NCBI GenBank assembly: GCA_010093605.1
Contig: MU004190.1
Coordinates: forward strand, 1,434,961 to 1,498,960
Length of the DNA: 64,000 bases
From: Lophium mytilinum
Lineage: Eukaryota
Direction: 5' to 3'
Below are positions 49,942-61,699 of the stretch, piece by piece. The position numbers and the translations under genes are program-made. Within the stretch, counting starts at the first letter, position 1. The number at the start of each line of letters is the position of its first letter. The notes beneath the pieces were generated by a model. The model searched no databases. It saw only the letters and a program-made list of their open reading frames with translations, and was not told the origin of the DNA.

Positions 49942-51948
49942 TTACTGGCGATTCATCCCCATTCCCAGACTCATGCTTCCACCCAGGAAAGCATCGCTTG
50001 AATTTTCGATACCTTCCATAGGCATCATCCCACTCGAACTGGCAGCGTGATCTGGCTTTTGGTTGCTCATGCCCATCGCTTGCGAAGAGCGCTTATTCTT
50101 CATTTGCATGTGCTGCGCCTGTGGATTCTGTGCCATGCGCTGTTGCGGCTGCGGACGTTGCTGGCTGCGATTTTGAGCCATATTCTGTCTTGCCCATGCT
50201 TGCTGGGCCTGTTGTGCCTGCGCCTGTGCTTGCGCGTGAGCCTGAGCTTGAGCTTGTGCCTGGTATTGCTGCTGCCGCTGGTCTGCTAGAGCGGCCTCCT
50301 CCGGTGCTTCTTCAGCATCGCCGTCAGCATCTTCATCCTCTCCTTCGCCATCCATCTGGTCGGCTGTATCGTCATCCGCAGTCCCGTTGATTGTCGGAGG
50401 CGCTGAATAGACATGTGCTAGGGTTCTTCCATTTTGGGGTAGCGAGTTGGAATTAGCGTTGGCCCCGGTCCCATTTTGGGGTGGATAAATGGGTACTGGC
50501 ACACCAGGATCATCCATGGTACAGTTTCGAGATCCCAACATGATCGATTGAGGCGAAGCTACCGAAAGAGACCTCTGTGCTGCCATCCCATTGGCGGCCT
50601 TCTTATTATCGCGAACAACTGCTTTCCATTTCTCAACGAGATGATCGTAGTCCCAGTTTCTTGGATCCGGGCTTCGGGCTGTGGCCTGCTTGACTATGTC
50701 TGTGCCCACGTGGAGGGTTGCCGGGGGAGTATGTCCGGGAAACTGGGGATACTGTGGTGTATTTACAGATGACCATTGTGCGGCTTTGAGCTGCTCAACT
50801 TCCAGCCGGGCAGCTTCCAGCTCTCCCTGTGTATTCTTTAGCGCGTCATTAGATCGATGGTACGACCGCAAGATCTCCAATTGCCACGATTCCTGCTGCT
50901 GTTCGCGTGACAAAGTCTGCCAGTGATTCCACGCTTCGGTGAGATGATCTGACAGTTTCCTCCATTTCTCGTCGAATAGGTCCAGCGTGGGCATAGGGGA
51001 TTGGGCCATTGGCGACAGAGCAGAATTTGAACGAGAGGCGCCATTTTGGACCGAATGGTTCAGCCTGTAGTATGTGTGGCATGTGTCCCTAGCCAGCTTA
51101 ACCAGGGCTTCGAATTGCTTTCGCCCAGGCGGATTTATAGACCAAGAGTCGGGGCTTGGGAAGGGGGAGGGCGAGAAGAGGGTAGATGGTGGGGACAGTA
51201 TGCGAAGACATAGGCCAGGGAACCCTATACTGAAGGGGTCAAAGTCGAAGGGGCCTGATGTGAATACTCGTGCACTATACAACACGTCGAGGTCAGCATT
51301 TGAAGCTATCTTTTGTGAGACGTGCTGAAAGTCTTACCTGGCCTCCTTGAAGCTCCCCAGCACCTCCTTCAATGCCAATTCGGCGGCCTTGCCCGTTTCC
51401 CACTCGTCTGAGGCCTTATGCCGCTGCTCCATCTCAACCTTCTTCGACACGTGCCGTGAGATGTCTCGTCGCGCCTCTGGGACTGGGGCGGGACTCGGAC
51501 GCGGGGGCAGATTGTTGATGACGCCGGTAGCATGCCAATGCAGCTCGTTCAGCGTGGTGCGAACGCGGCTGGGCTGCAGCGGGTCGTCGTCCACGCCCGG
51601 CGAGTGCACCATGACGGGCGACTCGTCGCCGGTGAATGAGGGGCGCGTCGCCGAGGCCGGGGCCGATGTCTCCTGCTTGACTGAGGAAGTTCGCGCCTGG
51701 CGACGAGTGATGCCGCCGCGCAGCTTGCGGATCTCGTCAACATTGTGCACGCCGTCGGGGGCCTTGGGGTTCTTGGGCTTGATGTACAGGTCGAGGTGGC
51801 GGCCCAGCGACGAGGAGGTGAAGGCCTGGTGGCAGAAGGGGCAGTTCTTGTCCTTGGGGGCAGCCAGCTTGGGGTTGGCGGTGGTGTTTGACTCGGAGGC
51901 AGATCGAGGGGTAGCAGCTTGCGACGAGGGCTCCATGGTGGTGTCCAT
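49942..51948 (-). CDS. Putative nuclear protein with zinc-finger-like N-terminal motif and Q/A-rich C-terminus
   Basis: KDKNCPFCHQAFTSSSLGRHLDLY motif. One intron near 51337-51278. The C-terminus contains QQQQYQAQAQAQAHAQAQAQAQQAQQ. Confidence 0.75.
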
Positions 51949-52500
51949 GGCCAGAGGCAGCGCCGGCGCAGATGAAACAGATGGCAAGGCTGGTGGAGGC
52001 GGGCAGCTTCACGAGCAGAGGCCCGGCAGTCAGAGCATGGCTGTGAATGGGAGCATGGGATGGAGTCTGCGAAAGGAGAGCTGTCTGTCTGCAAAAGAAT
52101 GGCATCCCTGGCCGCAATCGAGCCCCCTGATCCCCTAGAACTAAACAAATAACCCCGGCGGGCGCACCCGGCGCACGGCTAATCCTGCGGTGCTGGAGGC
52201 GCCAGTGCTCAGCATATCAATGTCCAAACACCGTGGTACATTGACCGTGTGTACACTGCGTTTGGGTGAATGCACGCTTCTCTAGGTACCACCGCACAGC
52301 GTCCCGCAATCGTAGCCTGCGACGGCTAACTTGGCACACATCTCACGGGAGACTCGCATTAATGCAGTAATGCAGTCTCTATAGGGGTCGACATCAGATT
52401 CCGTATGGGGCATAGTGTCGAGCAAGTACTTCTATTCCTAGGTACCCCTTCTTCTCCTGCAGACATCCGCCAGCCATCGCCAACAAACACGTCTCCACAC

Positions 52501-55255
52501 TCATACCGCCTCACTGGCTCGCCTCTTGCTGAGCCGTGCTGCGGCTCTAGCTGCAATGTCCTCGTACTGCTGCATGCCCCCATCGAGCTTCTTCAGCTGG
52601 CCCTTGACGAGCCGATACACGACTCCCACGCGAGACTCCGCTTCGTCTTCCGACTCCGAATCTTCCCCAGAGCCTTCGTCTGCGCGAATGCCAGGCGCCA
52701 GTTTGAACGGACTCTCGCCCTCGACGACGCATCGCATGAAGAAGCGGTCGTGGGTGATGACCAGCACCGCGCCCTCGTAGTCCCTTAGCGCAAACACCAG
52801 TCCAAGGATCGTGTCGGCGTCTAGATGCGTCGTGACTTCGTCCAGAATGAGCAGGTGGGGCGCGGACCAGAGCAGCTTTGCCAGCGCCAAACGAACCTTC
52901 TGTCCACCAGAAAGCAACGCGATAGGAACATCAGAAGCTGTTTGCCCTTGCAGCCCCAAACCACCCAACGCGGCCCGAGCATCTTTCTCTACAACATCTC
53001 CTCCGACACTTTCCATCAGATGCAGTAGAGCAGTGAGGGCTGGCTTCTCGGCTGCCAAGGCGTCCAGCTCCTCTACAGCCTGTTGAGAGAAGCGTCCGAA
53101 TCTTGCGCGAGAGTGTCGCGTTATAGTACCCTTGGTGGGTGTGAGAGCCGCTGCTCCCTCTTCGCCACTGCCAACGATAAGGGAGACCAATGTGGTCTTC
53201 CCCGAGCCATTGAGTCCTGCAAGCCCTACTCTCTCACCAGGGTGAATAGTCAGATCAATGTCTACTAACACTGGGGCCGCTGGAACCTTTTTCCGTCCTG
53301 GGTATGAGAACGACACCTTCTCGAGCGACACTACAGCCCCAGGAAATCGCAGATCGGGCGGCGTCGCGACCAAGGAAATCTTGACTGCAGGATCGAAGTC
53401 CGGCACTTCGATTTCCCCACGCGCGGAAGTGTGGTAGCCACCGCGGTCGCGATTGAGCTTGAAGCGTGTGCCTTTCGCGCTGACTTCCATTCCGGTTCGT
53501 TCATCCAGCTTCTTTTGCCGCGATGCCGCCTGCTTCATTCTCTTATCGTCTCCCGTCTTCTTTGCCGCTTTCACATTCTCGGTGATACTCTGTTGCGTGC
53601 TTTTCTTCTGGCGATCAATAGCATCTTTCATTTTTGTCAAGTATCTTGCCTTCTTGTGACGCTCTTTCTCATAATAAGAGAGATGTCCTTTGAAGCGCTC
53701 TAACGTGAGATTTCGAAGAACGAGCAGCTCTTCCGCAGCCGCGTCGGCAAAATCTCGATCGTGAGTGACGACAACAACTGTCGTATGCTCCAGTGTCCGG
53801 ACGTAGTCTTGAAGCCAGATAATGGAGGGCAAGTCCAAGAAGTTGGTAGGTTCATCGAGAAGTAGAACGTCGGCGTATTGGCACAATGCGCAAGCCAAAT
53901 CACAGCGGGTTTTCCATCCGCCGGAAAGTTGAGAAAATGGGTTGCTTATCCTCTCCGAAGAGAATCCCAAGCCTAGCAGTACCGCCTTGGCTTTTGTTTC
54001 TGCTTCCGAAGCGTCCATCTGCTCAAGTTAGTGAACTGACTATGCAAGCAGATGCAGACACCGACTTACGAGCTCGAGGGAGGAGTGGACCCCGGCAAGC
54101 ATGTCCGCAGCTGCTTGGGTTTCCTCGCTCATCTTTGCTGAATCTATTTCGGTATCTTGCTCGTTCACCCTGTCTGGGTCAGTACTTGATGATCCCCCAG
54201 AACCCTTCCACAGAGGCTTACAGTATCTGCGAGTGCGCCAGCTTGTCTTCCAAATCAAGAAGGATCTTTTTGGCCTTTGCACCCCGAGCGCCACTTCGTC
54301 GAGCGGAAACCTGCCGAGCCTCATCCACGTTTTCTAAAAGACGCTCATGGCTGATCTGCCGATACGCTCGCACAGAGGCCATTGAGTCGCTTGTATGCTC
54401 CACCGCGGCAGAGAGTACTAAGACTGATATCAGCTCAAGTTTCCATACTAGCCAAGGAAGCGGACTTACTTCGAGCCTCGCGAAGAAGCCGCTCTCGCGT
54501 TCGATTACTACGAATAACATGTTCTAGCACGGTCTCGCTTTGAAGCTTCAGATTCTCCAATTCATCGTCAAGAGTCAAACGAGTCTGACCGAGAAGGAGA
54601 ACGCGAATGCTCCATGGAATGCCAGGGACTTGGCCTTCCGCAATGGCTTTCAGCAACGCTTTTGGTTTCGTCAGTGACCTGCAATGTCTCCATCAAAAGC
54701 GAGATAGACCAACTTGACTTCCCAGTGCCATTACGACCCACTAGAACATAGTGCTTTCCCTCCTGCAGATGCAGCTCGGCATGTGACAGAAGTTCTCGCT
54801 GGGAGACGCTGATGCTGAGGTCCTTTACCAGGATCTACCCGATTGAGATATAGTCAGCATGGAGTTTCAAGCTCATGGGCCACAGAGCCACGCTGGGCAT
54901 AGAAAAGGTGGCACACTCATCAAGATCTGTCTTTTGCGGTCGTGTTTACGCCTATCTGCCACTGCTTGGAGTGCTTTAACAAGTTTCCAGGTAGCCCAAA
55001 GCTAAGAGGTTCTACCTCTTTTACATTTTCAAAAAATGTATTGAAGCACCCCAAACAGCGGCAGGCAAGTGTATAGGAGGCAGAATGCAATTTGAGTGTG
55101 CCCACTTTTTCATGCCCCGCGTGAGAGCTTACCTCTTTCGATGTCGGCGTATCGACAGCGTCATTGTAAAAGCGACTTTGCTGAGCCGTGACTGTTAAAG
55201 CCTGCGAGGCTGCCCCAGAATCTGCGGATGCCGGCTCTTTTCCTTTCCTGACCAT
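52501..55255 (-). CDS. ABC-F family ATPase (two ABC domains, no transmembrane domain)
   Basis: Walker A motifs GRNGTGKS and GLNGSGKT; signatures LSGGWKTR and LSGGQKVR; LLLDEPTNFLD and LILDEVTTHLD; THDR motifs. Multi-exon. Confidence 0.9.
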
Positions 55256-55766
55256 TACGAAACGAGAATTCGACTAGGTTTGTTTACATCGGCACGATGT
55301 GTTTTCTTTATCTTAGGACGTGAGAAGGAAAGATATATACGAAAGCTGCTAAAGGGCCGACAGCGTTCGGCATGCCGACTTGGCATGCAGATGGACACGC
55401 GGGGCAGAACGTGGAACACAAGCTGGTGAGTCAACTCCAGATTCACAGACTACGCCTCAAATGCAGCGTTCCGAGTTGCATGCGTGGCATTGGATACGAG
55501 TCGTGACGCAATCTCTAGAAAAGGGTATGTGACTCAGGCTCCGGTCACTCGTCACGAAGCGAAGTTTGCGGATGACTCCCAGATTGCACAGCACGCAAAT
55601 ATACTAGTAGGAATATGAGCCTGTTCATTTAGTTCTGTTCTGAGTCATTTCTCTATTTGATCTTCAATTTGAGTTGTAGGCTTCAGATCTGACTTTGACA
55701 CGACCACTGAGTAAAAGTCACGTGAGAAATCCCGTAGATGGTTCTGAAGCCCAGAGTATGCCTGAG

Positions 55767-57728
55767 CTACCGCATACGTTGTGTAAGACTTGATAATTCT
55801 GAAAAGAATTTCGAGATTGCAGTACTGTATTGCTCTCGCCCCTCAATGGCTGATCCGACATGTTCAGATATTGCCAACATCTTCTCTTCTTCGAGCCTCC
55901 GGCCAACAAGCTGCAGGGAGACGTGTGCGCCATCGTAGATTTCAGGGTCGTCTAGACACAGTCAGCATCCTAGTCACTACTTCCTAAGCCCAACTCACAG
56001 CTCTCATAGCACGCTCTGTCTATTCCATTCCCGGGAACAAAGCTTGAATCAATCTTATCGACGTGCTTATTGACCGTAGTGACTGGCACAACCACTGCAG
56101 TATAGTCCAGAAGATTGACAAAGGTAGTGTATCCGTAATAGTGATACTTTCCGGGGCGGGCGGCCGGAAAAGGAGCCACAGGGGATATCACAGCATCGAT
56201 GGGTCTTCCTGTACCTGTAAGCTCTTCGGTGCTGTTCCAATATTCCATGTATTCTTTGCGTAGCTCTCGGATCGTTACGTTCACGGCGGCAATGTCTGAT
56301 GCTTTGACTTGTTCAACGGGCTTGTCGCCGTATACCGCGATCTGCGGTATGGGAGGCTCTCCGGAAAGCCCCAAGGCGCCATGGACATCTTCACCACCGT
56401 CAAATACCCAGGTTTTACCCTATCGAAGTCAGTGCTCTATCTGTTTGTGTAGTGCCAGTAACCTACTCCGACGTCGACAATGCGTTGGTGTGAAGGGGGT
56501 TTCCACTCGATGATCTACCGCCCATAAAGTTAGCAGTGCAGTTCCGAACGAACTTTCTAGGACCTTACCTCATGTCCTAAGTCTACCAAAGACTTCTTGA
56601 CTATTTCCAGCGCCCTAAGAACAGGAGGACTAGGAGCGACCACTCCGTCATGTTTAAGTAGTCCGAATGCCAGTTTCCCAACCTTCGAAGCATCTCCAAT
56701 GCCGCCAGTCAATTCGAGTATCTTGCGTTCTTGCTCATACCGCCATGGAATCTCATGGACCAAAGGATCATGGAGCCACGGTTCCTGGCTCAACAGACCC
56801 TTCATCACCAGTCGCAGAGATGATACACTCGTCGCTAGTGGCCCGACCACCGATAGAATAGAGTTCTGGCCATCCATCGAATTTGCCATGCCTTCGTAGG
56901 GCATTCGTCCAGTCGAGGGTCTGATGCCATATAGACCACAGAAGGCAGCCGGAATCCGGATCGAGCCACCAATATCGGTCCCAAAGCCGACCGGCGAGCC
57001 CTTGAGCCCGATTAGTGCCCCTTCTCCACCCGAGCTACCTCCACAGGCGAGGTACCTGTTCTTCGGGTTTGTGGTATAACCAATGATGTTATTGGCCGTC
57101 TCCCCGGCCATCAGGGTGTGTGGAACACTGGTTTTGCAGAACAGGATGGCGCCCAAGTTTCGTAGTTCCCGTACCATCTCGCTCTCGAAGATTTTCTCTT
57201 TGCCAGTCCCTGTCTTGCCTTGGAAGGTGCCTATCCATCCAACATATCCCATCGTCGTCTCGACACCTTTGACGTGGAACTGATCTTTCAAGCTGACTGG
57301 TAAGCCATGAAGCGGCCCGATCGGCTTCTTGTGCTCGGCGAAGTAGTCATCAAGTTTCTTTGCATCTTGAATCGCGGCATCGAAGAAGATCTCATGGAGG
57401 CAGTTTACCTGACATAGTTAGCGGACGAATCGGATACCAGGACTCGGGATTAGAGTACGAGCTGATGAGCAATCGCGGCCCGGTGGCAGAAGGCTTTCGT
57501 GACCTCGACTGCACTCCAAAGCCCGCGAACTGTCCGCTTGACTATGTCGTCTGCGGTTGTCTCCGTGATCTCTATTTCTCGGTCTGTGAGGAACTGCTGG
57601 ATATAGTTCCCAGTGACATCGCGTTGTTCTTCCACGCTGGGAATCTTCTCGAGGAGGTGTTCTTTTGGGATCAGAGCGCTGACAGAGTCCCGTTTTTCTT
57701 GGGCGCGTTGCTTCCAGTCTGTGGCCAT
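55767..57728 (-). CDS. Amidase signature family enzyme (acetamidase/general amidase-like)
   Basis: GPLHGLPVSLKDQF, GGSSGGEG and GTDIGGSIRIP (Lys-Ser-Ser triad). The last exon reads DPEIYDGAHVSLQLVGRRLEEEK. Confidence 0.93.
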
Positions 57729-59020
57729 GGCTGTAGGCTTACAGTCAAGGATATCCGCAAGAGTGGTGTATATGAAATGGGACGCGAGCTGACGAATGGG
57801 TTCAGGTCGAGCTTATTCGGACTCGACAGGTCAACAGAAATGGTTTGGATGGCCTGCCCTAGACGTAACGTTCCAATCGCCTTGCCTGTGACTCACTCGT
57901 ACAGAGCTCCTACCTTTGAGTACTGAGACTCTGCGGGGCATTGAAGCTGTGTTTGACCGTGGGTCCGTGCTATCGACGGGCGATAAAAGCTACTTTCCTA
58001 AAAGGTCGTAGTGTCTGTCGGCAGTTTTGCCCCGATGAGTCCCTATGTGTTTCCCTCTCTCGTAAAGAAATTCCATCGTAGGGAAGCGAGACATTATCTT
58101 TCCCTCAACGTCCATCTCATCATAGCATAGATACACCATGTAAGCAAGATTCTGCTGTTTCGATGGGTTTTGTTACCGTTTCCACCGCGGTATTGACCGC
58201 TGGGTCGGCGACGGCTTAATCTACAACGCGCAGCCCGTGAAGTCATGCTCGACAGCTCACTGGTCAACTTGGAAACCTTCAAGCCTGTTGCTTTTATCAA
58301 GGTACTCTCCTATCACTATCGACCGATTTTGCGTGTCGTTTAAAGTTCTTGCGAAAAGCTCTGGTTTCACATCATCGATCTCAATGACGTAGTTACAAGT
58401 CGCACTGGGTTACTTCCCCATCATGTCTCAAAGCGTTAGTAGTTGAACGAAGAGGTCTCTGTAGATGTTAAGATAACCTTAAGCTGTTTACTTGCTTGAG
58501 TATGGCAAGATGCCCAGTAGTCCCGCCTAGGAGGCTTGCAGGGCACAGTAACTCCAAGGCCATCAAGGCGTGAAGACAACGCAATTGGGTACTACAGTCG
58601 GTAATATCTTACTTAGGGTATCGCGTATAGTTGTTACGCTGCGATCTTTTGATTCTCCCAATAGAACCCCGCAGCGCACCTGCTTGTCTTTCTCCGTCAG
58701 ATATATGCTCCCCAACCACAATTCTTTCATAACTATAGCCCCGCACTATCGCCGTATGCTTACCTGTTCCCTCTGAATCATTCATTGGTGGGGGCAGTGA
58801 CCTACTCTGAGCTCGGCTCCTCGTAGGATGTGGGGTAACGTATCGATATAAACTTACCGAATCAGCAATATCTGACACGAAACCCAGAACACTGCACATC
58901 CGAAAGCTCCACTAGTACTACTCTATAATTAAAACAAGTGCTGCTGTCTACGGCTCTTTGATAAAACATACTTGGTTCTATCTAGTCGTTAAAGACGCAA
59001 CTGTTTAGCAGCAAAACGGA

Positions 59021-61311
59021 ATGTCTTCCACCGTAACTCTTACTGCATCAACACCGACCATTGCTCCATTCAGCGAAATCAAAAACGCTCAGACACACAA
59101 TACCAAGAGTCAATTCAATGCGACCGGTGAAAGCAAGAAGCCATCCTGGTCTTTAGACAAGAATGGCAGATTTGCTGATTGCCCGGGTGGTCTGTTTGAT
59201 TTCACTCCCTGATTTGAACGTAGCTGATCCGTGTCTAGACATCAGTGAATTCCTAATACCCGACCACGCAGGCGCCAGCACTACAACAAACGCACTCCAG
59301 TGGAGAGCAAAGAAAACTTACGCTGCTATCGCTGCGTTGGGCCTCACATTGTTCTATGGGTCAGAAAACCCAAAGCTGCGAACCGCTGGAATAAGCTTGC
59401 TCTTTCCTGGCGCAGGATACCTTGCCGTTGGCGGTGTCCTTGGGTACAGCGGCTTTCTTATTACGGCGGCTCTTTTTCCACTTTGCATGGTGGCTTGGTT
59501 TGGTGCTGGTGGATTGGCATTTCCGCTTGCTGACTGGATTTTCTCCGGGCTCATTGCGACTTATTTTGCAGGGCCCCAGCTTGTCGAGTCCTCCGCCGTT
59601 ACGACGCTGGGTCTCGTTGGAGTCGTTTATACGTATTTGGCCACACGATCCAGCTGTGAAGAGGCCGCTGAAGTTGAAAAGAAAGCTCGACGAAATGACC
59701 TTCTCCATAAAGCAAACAAGAAATGGGAAGTCGAGACCACCATGGCTGGTCCCCCCGGATCTCGAGAGTTGACACTGGACCAGCTTCGTTTCCTGCAATG
59801 GATCCTGGAGCTTGCGATGCAAGACCATGACGACTATTCCAACATGACTAATATCGACCAGTTCCAGCCTGCTGCGTTTCGCTACCAGCTCTACGAATTT
59901 GTAAATTGCCTGGGGACTTACCAATGCCACTATGCTCCAAATTTTCATGGATACCTATCGGCCGCTCAGCGGAATGCGATCGAGAAGTCTATCACTCCCA
60001 AGGTACTTGGGTTCTGGCGATGGGAGAGTCTTTGGGGAAAGTTTACCACCGTAAGTCAGCTGCTGCTCCTCTCTGCACGAGACGTTCTAAGTAGTATGAG
60101 AATTACGACCCGGTCATCAAAGATAACATTATGGTAACCGGGTTTCTGGCTCTCGCAATTGGCCTTTACCAGCGAAATACTGGAGACACACGCTATTCAA
60201 AGCAGAAGGCGCTAGACATGAAAATCACGGACCAGAAGTCCTACAAGCATGACTATCACTCACTGTACAAAGCTCTTATCAACAATTGGTCTGAAAGCAA
60301 GTTTGTCTTGTATCCGTGCGAGGTGAGTCTAAAAACATCCATCATCCATGCCGCCACAGTGTTCTAATGGAGATACAGCCAAATTGGATATATAGCATGT
60401 GTAACTTGGAATCTTACGCCGGGGCTACAGTGTATGAAGACATATACCCAACTGAAAGAAGCCAGCAGTTTCTCCAAGACTTTTACCGGCATTTCGAAGA
60501 AGACTTCTTCACCCAAGGTGGATCTTGCATACCAATCAAGAGCGCGATAACAGGATTCACGATTCCTGGTCTCTGTGGAAGCATGGCAGACACTTCCAAT
60601 AGCCTGTTTTGCTCCCCTTTCATGCCGACGCTCGCGAAACGGATCTGGCTCATCACGAAAGAGGAAAATGTACGTTTCGATCAGGACGGAAAGATTGATA
60701 TCATCAACCTCAAAGGCGCCGATGTCATAGACGGCGGAAACTATGAGAAGAACTCCCGTGGCCCTCTGGGTGTGTTTGCGATTACAGCCGCCGAGTGGGG
60801 CGACAAGAAGGTATCGGAGGCCTGCTTGAAACGAATTGACGAGGAGTTTGCGCCTGTCGAAGTCACCCCGAAGACTGGATCTAAGAGGAACAAAGGAATG
60901 GGGACTACCACATCTGGCATGCTGACGAGAGCTCGTTTCATGGATGGGGGAGATTGGGCCAGCCTCGTCAGACACGGACCTGCAAAGACCGCTCTTGCCG
61001 GTCCTGTGCTTGATTCAGCACCGTACCCGCAAGTATTGGTTGCGAAGGCGTTCTCGCACACTTCTAAGGTAGCTTACTCGTCGCTCAACCTAAGAGCATC
61101 AAATTGACAGCCATCCCAGGATCTTGAGCTTGTGCTCTACAACGGCAAAGAAGAGGGCGTTTTCCAGCTCGGATTAACGAAGCTGCAGCCAGGCGTTACA
61201 TACACCGGGCTGCCTGGACAGACCATTACCGCTGACGGTGCTGGAAACGCTGAGTTGTCTGTCGCTCTCAATGGGCGAACACGCATCCACTTGCAGCCCA
61301 TTGCTCAGTGA
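59021..61311 (+). CDS. Linalool dehydratase/isomerase (LinD-like) family protein with N-terminal membrane segment
   Basis: Motifs DQFQPAAFRYQL, DPVIKDNIMVTGF and PCE|PNWIYSMCN, which resemble the NIM and CEP..CN motifs of bacterial LinD. Hydrophobic N-terminal helices; about four introns. Confidence 0.75.
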
Positions 61312-61699
61312 TTGGGATCAGGGGCCAATCAATGGGGATAGAAATGAGGGGAATGGTTCTTGTTGATAGTTTGCCGCGCCGAGGGTAGTTTTTGATGGTA
61401 GTTGCTGCGTGTACAATTGCTGATGGCACTGAGATTTGCCCCTCTTTTCGCGCATCTCAATACGAGTAGTGTGCACCCCTGGATAAACTCTCAGTGAGGC
61501 TTGCATGACTCGAGTAGAATAGGTAGTTCACCCCACAAATATCCCAGTTGCGCCACAATTTCCCCACACTCCGGAATATACTGAGGACCTGATGGAGAAA
61601 TAGTAACATAGCCCCCGTACCCAGCTAAGTAACTCGAGTATCCCATGTTCGGGTGCTTACACAGCTCTAATGCTTCGCACATACCTTTTGCACCCCTAT

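Noticed and set aside
47389..61311. Secondary-metabolite gene cluster (hydrolase, amidase, LinD-like gene, transporters)
   Set aside because: No PKS, NRPS or terpene synthase backbone gene, and the genes are interleaved with housekeeping-type functions.
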